Source: an uncultured Candidatus Saccharibacteria bacterium
GTDB lineage: Bacteria; Patescibacteriota; Saccharimonadia; Saccharimonadales; Saccharimonadaceae
Direction of reading: 5' to 3'
Assembly: GCA_964639835.1 (NCBI GenBank)
Contig: CAZXEG010000001.1
Coordinates: 1,223-65,222 of the forward strand
Length of the DNA stretch: 64,000 nt
The translations under genes were made by a program, and so were the position numbers. Positions 45,347-53,977 of the stretch are shown here, in pieces (the first letter of the stretch is position 1; every line of letters starts with the position of its first letter). Under the pieces are notes generated by a model that was not told the origin of the DNA, made no database searches, and was given only the letters and a program-made list of their open reading frames with translations.

Positions 45347-46123
45347 ATGGAAATCTATAGGCTAAAAGATGAAGTGCCGGAGAAGAGACGGAAGCGTGGC
45401 GCTAGGGGTGCTGGTTTCGGTGGTGACGGTGGTCTTAGTGACAACGCTAGCGATGTCGGCGATGCCGGTGACGTAGAACTGGTGATTACGGAGATGCGAC
45501 AGGGGGTGCGGGATGAGAATCGGGTAAATGTGTTTGTGAATTCTAAATTTGCGTTTTCTTTGGATGTGGCGCAGGTGGTGGAGCTGGGGGTGAAAGTGGG
45601 GCAAACTTTGACGAAAGAGCGACTGGCGGAGCTTTTGGAGGCTTCGAAATACGGGAAGCTGTACCAGAGGACGCTAGAGTGGGTTTTAACGCGGACGAGG
45701 AGTGTAAGAGAGACGAAAGATTACCTGAGGAAGAAGATTTTTGAGAGGAAGTTGGACGCAAAATATGGTGAAATGATAATTAAGCGGTTAATTGATAAGG
45801 GGTATTTGGACGATCGGAGGTTTGCGGAGTTTTGGGTGGAGAATCGGTTCACGAAGAAGGGGGTGTCGGTAAAACGGCTTAAAATGGAGCTGATGAAAAA
45901 AGGAGTGAGTCGGGAAATTATTGATGAAGTAGTGGATAGTTCGGGGCGGGACGAGGCTGAGGAAGTACGTAAAATGATCGCGCGGAAGCGGACGCGGTAT
46001 AATGATGAAAAATTGGTGGCGTATTTGTGTCGGCAGGGGTTTTCGTATGATTTGGTGCGGGAGCTGGTTCAGGAATCTTCGGAGGCGGGCCCTTCGGTAG
46101 TGGATTCTGACTTGTCAATGTGA
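45347..46123 (+). CDS. recX: RecX regulatory protein
   Basis: RVNVFVN..FAFSL, RSVRETKDYL, GYLDDRRFAE, KLVAYLCRQGFSYD; downstream of recA. Confidence 0.85.
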   Translation: MEIYRLKDEVPEKRRKRGARGAGFGGDGGLSDNASDVGDAGDVELVITEMRQGVRDENRVNVFVNSKFAFSLDVAQVVELGVKVGQTLTKERLAELLEASKYGKLYQRTLEWVLTRTRSVRETKDYLRKKIFERKLDAKYGEMIIKRLIDKGYLDDRRFAEFWVENRFTKKGVSVKRLKMELMKKGVSREIIDEVVDSSGRDEAEEVRKMIARKRTRYNDEKLVAYLCRQGFSYDLVRELVQESSEAGPSVVDSDLSM

Positions 46124-46695
46124 GCGGGGGCGGGCTCGGTAGTGGTGCGGAAGGGGTTGACGAAGTTGGGGACGAAATCTTCCTTCATGGCACGAGCTTT
46201 GATGGTTTTTTCTTCGTCCTTTACGATGACTTTGTAGTCGGTGATTTCGACGATTTCTCTCCTTGGGATGACGAGCTCGGGGTCGAGGAAGCTTTTGACG
46301 AGGGGGCGCTTGACGACGAGTTGTTCAATGGTGAAATTATCGTTCGTGATGGTGAAGTCGATGATTTTGCCGAGCTTGCTGCCCTTTTTAGTTTCGACTT
46401 TGAGGTTTAGGAGATCGAAGTTTAGCTCGAGGATTTTGTTGAGCTTGATGACGTCGGTGGGTTCGACGAGCTCGTCGATGGAATCGATGACACAGCCGAG
46501 CTCGGAATGTTCGCGGATACTACTGGTCATGAGAAAGTTGGCGCTTGACTTGGCGACGAGCGGACCGGCGAGGCGGAAGGCGATGATTTTGAGTGAGTCG
46601 GGGTCGATGATGGAGGCGTCGATGTAGGCGATGGGGCCGGCGGCTTGCACGCTGAGAATCTGGGAGCCGAGGAGACGAGAGTTATATATTAACAT
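46069..46695 (-). CDS. PRC-barrel-like protein
   Basis: Two PRC-type repeats (KVETKKGSKLGKIIDF); start at MLIYN. Confidence 0.6.
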   Translation of the reverse strand: MLIYNSRLLGSQILSVQAAGPIAYIDASIIDPDSLKIIAFRLAGPLVAKSSANFLMTSSIREHSELGCVIDSIDELVEPTDVIKLNKILELNFDLLNLKVETKKGSKLGKIIDFTITNDNFTIEQLVVKRPLVKSFLDPELVIPRREIVEITDYKVIVKDEEKTIKARAMKEDFVPNFVNPFRTTTEPAPAHIDKSESTTEGPASEDS

Positions 46696-46702
46696 AATTT
46701 TA

Positions 46703-47437
46703 TTATAGCACTCTAGCGTCCTTGATGTCAAAATCGCCGACTTTGGTGCGACGGAGAGCGGTGAGATAGGCGCCGGTTTTGAGGGCTTTGCCGATGTCTT
46801 CGGCGAGGGTGCGAATGTAGGTGCCGGAGCTACAATGGACGCGGACTTTGAGCTCGGGGTAGCGGTAGTCTAGGATGTCAATGCTGTAGATTTCGACTTC
46901 GCGTGCGGGGATTTCGAAATCCTGGCCGTTTCGGGCGAGCTTGTAGGCGCGTTGGCCGCCTATTTTGATGGCGGAGAATTTGGGTGGGGTTTGACTGAGT
47001 TTGCCTACGAAGCCAGAGATTACAGATTGCACCGTGCTCAGTCTTGGAGCCGCGTCGAAAACCCCTGTCGCCACAGGGGTTTTCGCGCTTATGCTCGCGC
47101 TGCCGCGCTCCGCGATCTCCTCGACTGAGCATGGTGCAATCTCGTTTTCGATTGAGTATGGCGTAATTTCGCCTTCGGGGTCGCCGGTGGTGGAAACGTA
47201 GCCGAGTTTCAGGGTGGCTTCGTAGACTTTGTCTTTCTTTAAGAATTCGTTGGATTTTTTGGTCATTTTGCCAGAGAGGAGGATGAGAAGGCCGGTGGCG
47301 AAGGGGTCTAACGTACCGGTGTGGCCGACTTTGATTTTGTGGCCAAATTCGTTTTTCAGTTTGGAGCGGATTTTGGCAACGACGCCGAAACTGCTAATGC
47401 CGGCGGGTTTGTCGATGAGGATAATCTGGTCTTCCAT
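46703..47437 (-). CDS. truB: tRNA pseudouridine(55) synthase carrying an in-frame palindromic insertion
   Basis: IDKPAGISS, KVGHTGTLDPFATGLL, PPKFSAIK, CSSGTYIRTLAED. Confidence 0.95.
   Translation of the reverse strand: MEDQIILIDKPAGISSFGVVAKIRSKLKNEFGHKIKVGHTGTLDPFATGLLILLSGKMTKKSNEFLKKDKVYEATLKLGYVSTTGDPEGEITPYSIENEIAPCSVEEIAERGSASISAKTPVATGVFDAAPRLSTVQSVISGFVGKLSQTPPKFSAIKIGGQRAYKLARNGQDFEIPAREVEIYSIDILDYRYPELKVRVHCSSGTYIRTLAEDIGKALKTGAYLTALRRTKVGDFDIKDARVL
47024..47142. mobile_element. Palindromic element family B, copy inside truB
   Basis: 20-bp outer inverted repeat (1 mismatch), 13-bp inner hairpin 47056-47085, 29-nt core 47084-47112 shared with the lepA copy. Confidence 0.75.
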
Positions 47438-47478
47438 CTCTTGATTATAACATAAAAGTGTGGTATAATGGGGACACT

Positions 47479-47745
47479 ATGATAACAAAAGAGAATAAAG
47501 AGAAAGCTATTGCCAAGGTGGCTCGGAATAAGAGCGACGTTGGTTCTCCTGAAGTTCAAGTGGCTATTCTGACGGCTCGCATCAAAGAGGTGACGGAGCA
47601 CGTGAAGAATAATAAACATGACTTTATGGCTAAAAGAGGTCTAATCCAGATGGTAGGGAAGCGGAAGAAACTGCTGAAGTACTTGGAAAAGACAGATTTT
47701 GAGCTATATAAGAAAACGGTAGCTAAATTGGGCCTTAGGAAATAG
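47479..47745 (+). CDS. rpsO: 30S ribosomal protein S15
   Basis: DVGSPEVQVAILTARI, HVKNNKHD..RGLIQMVGKRKKLLKYL. Confidence 0.97.
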   Translation: MITKENKEKAIAKVARNKSDVGSPEVQVAILTARIKEVTEHVKNNKHDFMAKRGLIQMVGKRKKLLKYLEKTDFELYKKTVAKLGLRK

Positions 47746-47851
47746 ATTTCGGCAAGATACTGTGTCAGCAGTTCCGGTACTCAGTCGGCGCACAATAAGT
47801 GCGCCTTCTTCCGTTCCTCACTGCTTCCTTGTCTCTTGCTCGAAATCTATT
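47741..47851. repeat. Multi-stem element overlapping the rpsO stop
   Basis: AATAGATTTCGGCAAGA / TCTTGCTCGAAATCTATT outer stem, inner GGCGCAC-aataa-GTGCGCC, GCAG/CTGC stem. Confidence 0.6.
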
Positions 47852-47859
47852 CCCTGAGA

Positions 47860-47885
47860 AAAACCCGCTCGAGAGAGCGGGTTTT
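47860..47885. terminator. Bidirectional terminator
   Basis: aaaacccgctc-gaga-gagcgggtttt. Confidence 0.75.
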
Positions 47886-47898
47886 AAGGTGCTTAAAT

Positions 47899-48567
47899 TT
47901 AAATGGATGCTTCTTCGTTGATGTTGGCGACTAGTTCGGTGGTTTCCGAATAGTTGCGGAGTTCGATTGAAACTCTGTCGAACTCTTCGAGGATGCCGGC
48001 GATCTTTTTGAAGTAACCCTCGACGCGAGGGTCGGGGTTGTCGTTTTTGTATCTGATGTCGTGCTCGATGCTTGCCCAGAGGTTCATGGATTTTGAACGA
48101 ATCTGGATTTCGACGGGCACGAGTTTACTACCGGTAGAAGTATAGATTTCTACCTGGCAACCGAAATGGAGACTGCTGTAGCCGTTGGGCTTGGGCTGGT
48201 CTACATAATTCTTTCTCCGGACGATGTTGATGCCCGGAATGTGCTCGATCAAGTTCGCGACAATGTTGATCTCGTCACGGTATTTGGTGACGATTCGGAT
48301 GCCGGCGATGTCGCAGACGTTTTGCCTGATTGACTCGATGGTCTGCGGAAAGTCCTTCTTGCGGCACTTTTTAATGGTGCTTTCGAAGGTTTTGATCCGG
48401 CTCTCGATACGGTCGAACGGGTTTTTCCCACTTGAACGCGAGAGTGATCTACGCATGTTTTCGATGCGAACCAGCGTAATGTTTAAGGCTGATTCACATT
48501 CGGATGCGTAGTCGTCGTAATCGTCGATTAACGAGTCATTGTCGGGATCGAAGGTTAACTCATCCAT
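47899..48567 (-). CDS. Small alarmone synthetase (RelP/RelQ-like, RelA_SpoT domain)
   Basis: SRIKTFES..K, DIAGIRIV, PKPNGYSSLH, VEIQIRS..LWASIEH; start at MDELT after GGGG RBS. Confidence 0.88.
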   Translation of the reverse strand: MDELTFDPDNDSLIDDYDDYASECESALNITLVRIENMRRSLSRSSGKNPFDRIESRIKTFESTIKKCRKKDFPQTIESIRQNVCDIAGIRIVTKYRDEINIVANLIEHIPGINIVRRKNYVDQPKPNGYSSLHFGCQVEIYTSTGSKLVPVEIQIRSKSMNLWASIEHDIRYKNDNPDPRVEGYFKKIAGILEEFDRVSIELRNYSETTELVANINEEASI

Positions 48568-48677
48568 ATTTACCCCCTTATGGTAAAGTGCAAGATTTAA
48601 TACTCCATGTATAATTATAGCACAAGTTGTATAAAAAGTCAAGGTGTGGTATACTAGGGGTAGGATACATTAACAAT

Positions 48678-48772
48678 AGGGAAGACGGCAGAGACGGACC
48701 CATCAGAGTCCAACGGGCATTTCGTTGTTGTTGGTGCCGGTTGCTGGTGAGTCCATCTCTGATGTTTTCCCT
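48678..48772 (+). promoter_or_regulatory. Long hairpin in the pnp 5' leader
   Basis: AGGGAAGAC/GTTTTCCCT, CAGAGACGGAC/GTCCATCTCTG and CATCAG/CTGGTG nested stems. Confidence 0.6.
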
Positions 48773-48787
48773 TAGGAAAGGATTTTT

Positions 48788-50959
48788 ATGGAAATTATCA
48801 ACCCTAATGGCAAAAAGACGATTCAGGTTTCGACTGAATGGCTGGGGCGGACTTTGACACTAGAGGTGAATAGAGTGGGGTTTCGGTCGACTTCGTCGGT
48901 GCTCGTGACCTATGGCGATACGGTGGTTTTGGGCTCGGTGGTAGTGGGGACGAAGCCGGTGGTGCAGGACTTTTTCCCATTGTCGATTGATTACGAAGAG
49001 AAGTTTTATGCGGCGGGGAAGATTTCGTCGTCGAGGTTTATTAAGCGGGAGGGGAAGCCGGCGGATGAAGCGGTGCTGGTCGGGCGACTGATCGACCGAC
49101 CGATCCGGCCGCTGTTCCCGAAGGGGTATCGGCAAGAGGTACAGGTGGTGTGTACGGTGCTTTCTATGGATCCGACGTTTCGGCCGGATTGCGTGGCGAT
49201 GATTGCGGCGTCGTCGGCTCTCATGAATGCGGGGGTACCGTTTGATGGGCCGGTGGCGGGGATTCGGATTGGAAGGATTTCTGGTGAGTTTAAGGGATTC
49301 TTGAGCCCGGCGGAGCGCCAGGTGTCGCCGCTTGACCTTGTAGTAGCGTGTAAAGACGGTAAGGTGATGATGGTGGAGGCTGGCGCGAATGAAGTGCCGG
49401 AGGACACGATTATCGAGGCGATGCATTGGGCAGTGAAGAATGTGCAGCCGGCGCTAGATTTGCAAAGGCAACTAGCGAAAATTGTGGATGCTCCGGAACA
49501 GGAATACGAGTTGGTGTTGCCGACCGAGGAGATTATTGAGGAAGTGGCGGCTTGGACTGAGGGGAAATTTGGTTCGCAGATACGGGGGAATGTGATGGAG
49601 CGGTCGCAGATGCTGGACGATCTCAAATATGCGATGCATGATGAAATGGCCTTGAAACACGGTGAGGGGGCGACGGATGATGACAAGGTGAAATGGTATG
49701 ATGAGAATTTGCGGGATGTGTATGACCAGGCGTTTGAGCTGACGGTGTTTAAGGAAGTGAGGCGGGGGATTATCGAAGAGGGGGTGCGGCCGGATGGGCG
49801 GAAGCTCGAGGAAGTGCGGCCTCTCTCCTCGCAAGTTTCGATTTTGCCGAGGGTGCACGGGTCGTCGCTGTTTACACGAGGGGTGACGCAGGCGATGAAT
49901 ATTGTGACTTTGGCGCCGCTCTCGTATGCGCAGGAAGTGGACACGATGGAAGTGACGGATGGCAAGCGGCGGTATATGCACCACTACAATGCGCCGTCTT
50001 ATACGGTGGGGGAGTGTGGTCGGATGGGCTCGCCGGGACGACGTGAGATCGGGCATGGGTACTTGGCGGAGCGGGCGCTTTTACCAGTGCTACCGTCTGA
50101 GGAAGAGTTCCCGTACGCGATTCGCTCGGTGACGGAGATTATGTCGCAGAATGGGTCGACTTCGATGGCGGCGACTTGTTCGTCTTGTATGGCCTTGATG
50201 GATGCGGGGGTGCCTTTGAAACGGCCGGTGTCGGGGGTGGCGATGGGGCTGATGGTGGACGTGCCGAAGGGTGAGCCGATTGAGGCTTCGGATATCGACA
50301 AAGCGTATGTTTTGACTGATTTAATGGATGCGGAAGATTTTGCCGGAGATATGGACTTTAAGGTAACTGGTACGACGGAGGGGGTGACGGCGCTCCAGAT
50401 GGACATGAAAGTGCATGGGCTACCGGTAGAGATTCTTGAGAAGGCGATCAAGCAATCGCATGAGGGGCGGATGTTTATCTTGAAGCACTTGGTGAGCGTG
50501 ATTGCGGGGCCGCGAGATAAGATTTCGGATTTGGCACCAAGGATTGAGAAAGTGAAGATTTCGAAAGACAAGATTGGGACGGTGATCGGCAAGGGTGGCG
50601 AGACGATTAACAAGATTACTTCGGAAACGGGGGCGGAAGTGGATATTGACGAAGATGGGCTGGTGACGATTGCCGGAACGGATGGCGAGTCGATTCGGAA
50701 GGCGGTTGAGTGGGTGAAGGCCCTAACGGAAGAGCCGGAGGTGGGGAAAATCTACGAAGGTAAGGTGGTGACGATTAAGGACTTCGGGGCGTTTGTGAAC
50801 ATTTTGCCGGGGATTGACGGGATGTTGCACATTTCGCAGATTACGGATAAGAAGCGGTTGAAGTCGGTGGAGGAAATGCTCCATGTAGGGGACATGGTGA
50901 AGGTGAAGCTGGTGGCGATTGACCAGAAGGGGAAGTTGTCGCTGTCGATGATTTATTAG
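48788..50959 (+). CDS. pnp: Polyribonucleotide nucleotidyltransferase
   Basis: RLIDRPIRPLFP, HGSSLFTRG, RREIGHG, NGSTSMA, GDMDFKV, KH and S1 domains. Confidence 0.97.
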   Translation: MEIINPNGKKTIQVSTEWLGRTLTLEVNRVGFRSTSSVLVTYGDTVVLGSVVVGTKPVVQDFFPLSIDYEEKFYAAGKISSSRFIKREGKPADEAVLVGRLIDRPIRPLFPKGYRQEVQVVCTVLSMDPTFRPDCVAMIAASSALMNAGVPFDGPVAGIRIGRISGEFKGFLSPAERQVSPLDLVVACKDGKVMMVEAGANEVPEDTIIEAMHWAVKNVQPALDLQRQLAKIVDAPEQEYELVLPTEEIIEEVAAWTEGKFGSQIRGNVMERSQMLDDLKYAMHDEMALKHGEGATDDDKVKWYDENLRDVYDQAFELTVFKEVRRGIIEEGVRPDGRKLEEVRPLSSQVSILPRVHGSSLFTRGVTQAMNIVTLAPLSYAQEVDTMEVTDGKRRYMHHYNAPSYTVGECGRMGSPGRREIGHGYLAERALLPVLPSEEEFPYAIRSVTEIMSQNGSTSMAATCSSCMALMDAGVPLKRPVSGVAMGLMVDVPKGEPIEASDIDKAYVLTDLMDAEDFAGDMDFKVTGTTEGVTALQMDMKVHGLPVEILEKAIKQSHEGRMFILKHLVSVIAGPRDKISDLAPRIEKVKISKDKIGTVIGKGGETINKITSETGAEVDIDEDGLVTIAGTDGESIRKAVEWVKALTEEPEVGKIYEGKVVTIKDFGAFVNILPGIDGMLHISQITDKKRLKSVEEMLHVGDMVKVKLVAIDQKGKLSLSMIY

Positions 50960-51038
50960 ACTTTCTTTGAAAAAGAAAGTCTAGCAAAGAAACAATGAAG
51001 TCAAAAGTCACAGAGCCCGACTTTTGACTTTGATTATG
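50957..51038 (+). repeat. Two-hairpin repeat family A, copy 3
   Basis: TAGACTTTCTTT-gaa-AAAGAAAGTCTA, GCAAAGAAACAATG, AAGTCAAAAGTC-acagagccc-GACTTTTGACTT, TGATTATG. Confidence 0.8.
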
Positions 51039-51064
51039 ACGGGAAATATAGTATAATTATAGAG

Positions 51065-53002
51065 ATGGATAAGATACGGAATTTTTGCATAATTGCGCAT
51101 ATTGATCATGGCAAATCCACCATTGCAGATAGGATGATGGAATTGACCGGGACGGTGTCGAAGCGAGAGATGAAGGAGCAGTTGCTCGATTCGATGGAGC
51201 TTGAGCGGGAGAAGGGGATTACGATTAAGCTGGCGCCGGTGACGATGGAGTGGAAGGGGTATACGCTGAACTTGATTGATACGCCGGGGCATGTGGACTT
51301 TTCGTATGAGGTGTCGCGTTCTTTGGCGGCGGTGGAGATTGCCGTCCTGGTAGTGGATGCAACGCAAGGGATACAGGCACAGACGCTCGCGAATGTGTAT
51401 CTGGCGCTCGAGCAGGACCTTAAGATTATTCCAGTGATCAATAAAGTGGATTTGCCGGCGGCGGATGTGCCGGGGGTGGCGGCGCAGATTGTGAATTTGC
51501 TGGGGTGCTCCAGAGATGAGATTATTGAGGTGTCTGGGAAAACTGGGTATAATGTGGATAAAATATTGGATGCTGTGGTGGCTGAGCCAGACTTAGTTGC
51601 GGGGTCGCGTCGCTCGCGCCCGTCGACTGAAGTCGTCCGCCAGTCGTCGCCTCGAAACAACGAACGAGTTCGTTGTTCGCTCGGCTCCTCCGGCGGTCTG
51701 CCACGGGGCTCGCGCGCTAATCCTCGCGCTGCCGCGCTCCGGAATACCCCGCAACTAAGCCTGGCTCAGACGCCTACCAGGGCGCTAATATTTGATTCGT
51801 ATTTCGATGATTACCGAGGGGTGGTGTTGTATGTGAGGGTGTTTGAGGGGGAGATTGCGAAAAATTCGGAGATTTTGATGATGGCGGCGGGGAAGAAGGG
51901 GTTAGCGCTCGAGGTGGGGGTGTTGACGCCGAAGATGAGCCCGAGGGAGAAGTTGTCGGCGGGGGAGATTGGGTACATCGTGACGAATCTCAAGACGACA
52001 CGAGAGGCAAAAGTAGGTGATACCGTTACAATTTGGAATACCCAAGTGGACTCTGCATTGGAGCCTTTGCCTGGGTATAAGGATGTATTGCCGTTTGTGT
52101 ATGCAGGGTTTTTCCCGGTGTCGAATGAGCAGTATAAGGAGTTGAAAGAAGCGGTGGAGAAACTGGCGCTGTCGGACTCGGCGCTGAGGTATGAGCCGGA
52201 GAATTCGCCGGTTCTAGGCTTTGGGCTTAGGATTGGGTTTTTGGGGCTGCTTCACATGGATATCATTCGGGAGAGGCTGGAGCGGGAGTTCGGGCTGGAC
52301 TTGATTGTGACAAATCCATCGACGAATTACGAGGTGATACTTTCTGATGGAGAGAGGCTGGAGATAAAATCGGCGGCGGATTTGCCGGACATTTCGAAAG
52401 TGGCGGAGATTCGGGAACCGTGGGTGAAGGGTGAAATTATCGTGCCACGGGAGATGATTGGCGGGGTTTTGAACCTGATTAATGAGAAGCGAGGGCATCA
52501 GACGAGCTTGTCATATATTGAAGAGCGGGCGGTGATTGATTTTGAGGCGCCGATGGCGAATCTTCTGACGGATTTTTATGATCAACTGAAGTCGGTGACG
52601 AGCGGGTATGCGTCGTTTAATTATGAGCTTTCGGGGTACCGGGCGGAGGATTTGGTGCGAGTAGACTTTTTGGTGGGTGGACATAAACTTGATGCACTGT
52701 CAATAATGTGCCACAGGTCGGAGGCGGATAAGATTGGGCGAGAGACGGTGAAAAAGCTGAAAGAGGTGATCCCGCGGCAAAACTATGAGGTGGCACTTCA
52801 GGCGGCGATTGGGGCGCGGATTATTGCGCGGGAGACGATCGGGGCATACCGAAAAGACGTGACGGTGAAAATCCATACGGGCGACCGCGACCGGAAGGCG
52901 AAGTTGCTAGAAAAGCAGAAGCGGGGTAAGGCGCGGATGAAGCGGTTTGGAAAAATTGATATTCCTTCGGAAGCGTTTACCGTAATGCTAAAGCGAGATT
53001 AG
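51065..53002 (+). CDS. lepA: Elongation factor 4 carrying an in-frame palindromic insertion
   Basis: IAHIDHGKST, RGITIK, DTPGHVDF, NKVD, GFLGLLHM, KLLEKQKRGK. Confidence 0.97.
   Translation: MDKIRNFCIIAHIDHGKSTIADRMMELTGTVSKREMKEQLLDSMELEREKGITIKLAPVTMEWKGYTLNLIDTPGHVDFSYEVSRSLAAVEIAVLVVDATQGIQAQTLANVYLALEQDLKIIPVINKVDLPAADVPGVAAQIVNLLGCSRDEIIEVSGKTGYNVDKILDAVVAEPDLVAGSRRSRPSTEVVRQSSPRNNERVRCSLGSSGGLPRGSRANPRAAALRNTPQLSLAQTPTRALIFDSYFDDYRGVVLYVRVFEGEIAKNSEILMMAAGKKGLALEVGVLTPKMSPREKLSAGEIGYIVTNLKTTREAKVGDTVTIWNTQVDSALEPLPGYKDVLPFVYAGFFPVSNEQYKELKEAVEKLALSDSALRYEPENSPVLGFGLRIGFLGLLHMDIIRERLEREFGLDLIVTNPSTNYEVILSDGERLEIKSAADLPDISKVAEIREPWVKGEIIVPREMIGGVLNLINEKRGHQTSLSYIEERAVIDFEAPMANLLTDFYDQLKSVTSGYASFNYELSGYRAEDLVRVDFLVGGHKLDALSIMCHRSEADKIGRETVKKLKEVIPRQNYEVALQAAIGARIIARETIGAYRKDVTVKIHTGDRDRKAKLLEKQKRGKARMKRFGKIDIPSEAFTVMLKRD
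51582..51769. mobile_element. Palindromic element family B, copy inside lepA
   Basis: 24-bp outer inverted repeat (1 mismatch), inner hairpin 51656-51677, core 51713-51741 matching the truB copy at 27/29. Confidence 0.78.
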
Positions 53003-53069
53003 ACTTTTTGTAGTTTTTGCAGTTTTTGTGGTATAATAAGCATAAGAATAATAAAAAATAGGAATTTTT

Positions 53070-53921
53070 ATGCAACCGAATCAACCAAATCAACCAAGTG
53101 CGCCGGGTGGGGCGACGATGCCGGGGATGGGTCCGGCAACGAATCAAGCAGTGCCTGGTGGAGCGGATCCGCTGGTGGCAGGGGCGACGGCTTCTGCTGG
53201 TACGCCACCGATGCCGCCAGTAACGCCATCGGCAACACCTCCGGTGACGTCGACTGCTGCGCCGACAGCGCCTTTGAACGCTAAATCGCCGGTGGATTCT
53301 GTGAGTGCGCCGAGTGACATTTCGTCGTTGATTGATGAAGAGTTGGCGAAGCCGGTGGCGACGCCAGCGGAAGTTGCACCGATGTCAGTGGAGCCGAAAA
53401 AGAAGGCGAAGACGAACGTTTGGATGATTGGTATGATTGTCGCTTCCGTGGTGGCGCTAATTGGCATTGTGTTTGGCGTGATGATGATGGTGCAGAAGAA
53501 CAATTCGGAGACGAGTTTGAATAAGCAGATTTCGACGCTCAAGAGCCAGGTGACGCAGCTACAAAATCAAATCGACGAGGAACCGGAGACGGTAGAAGTT
53601 AATCCAGCTGGGTATGTTTACATCGGCGAGTGGGGGATTAAAATCGCGACGACTGCGCGAAACTATACCTTTAGCAATGGTGTGCTGAACTTCTTGTTCG
53701 ACAACGGGGCTAATGTGACCATCACCAGGATACTGACATCGGAAATAGCGTGTGATGACACAGAAGGCGCGGAGTGTCCGCAGTATAATTTTGAGATTAG
53801 TGACTACAGCTACCTGGTGGCCATTAACGGTGATGTGCCGGCGGACATCAGCTCTGAGTTAGTAAGTAGCGCGAACTACTCGCTGATTTACGTAGCAGGA
53901 GAAAACGAAGTCGAAGGATAA
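53070..53921 (+). CDS. Membrane protein with Pro-rich N-terminus, TM and coiled coil
   Basis: Composition and hydrophobic segment; terminator at 53932-53961. Confidence 0.72.
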   Translation: MQPNQPNQPSAPGGATMPGMGPATNQAVPGGADPLVAGATASAGTPPMPPVTPSATPPVTSTAAPTAPLNAKSPVDSVSAPSDISSLIDEELAKPVATPAEVAPMSVEPKKKAKTNVWMIGMIVASVVALIGIVFGVMMMVQKNNSETSLNKQISTLKSQVTQLQNQIDEEPETVEVNPAGYVYIGEWGIKIATTARNYTFSNGVLNFLFDNGANVTITRILTSEIACDDTEGAECPQYNFEISDYSYLVAINGDVPADISSELVSSANYSLIYVAGENEVEG

Positions 53922-53931
53922 AGAGATAATC

Positions 53932-53961
53932 AAAAAAGAGCCTCAAATGGGGCTCTTTTTT
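53932..53961 (+). terminator. Intrinsic terminator
   Basis: aaaaaagagcctc-aaat-ggggctctttttt. Confidence 0.75.
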
Positions 53962-53977
53962 GTGATATAATGATGAT

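Noticed and set aside
45385-45480. Palindromic insertion in the recX N-terminus
   Set aside because: Only about 6-bp complementarity and no family B core; reads as a low-complexity linker.
50255-50305. Palindromic insertion in pnp (VPKGEPIEASDIDK)
   Set aside because: Short loop extension with only a 6-bp stem and no shared core.
51582-51769. Intein or group I/II intron in lepA
   Set aside because: Far too short, no Cys/Ser...His-Asn intein ends and no intron core motifs. An unconventional RNA-level removal is not excluded.
53003-53035. Fifth copy of repeat family A after lepA
   Set aside because: Begins TAGACTTT but has no complementary arm, linker or hairpin B; only degenerate TTTTTG(T/C)(A/G)G units.
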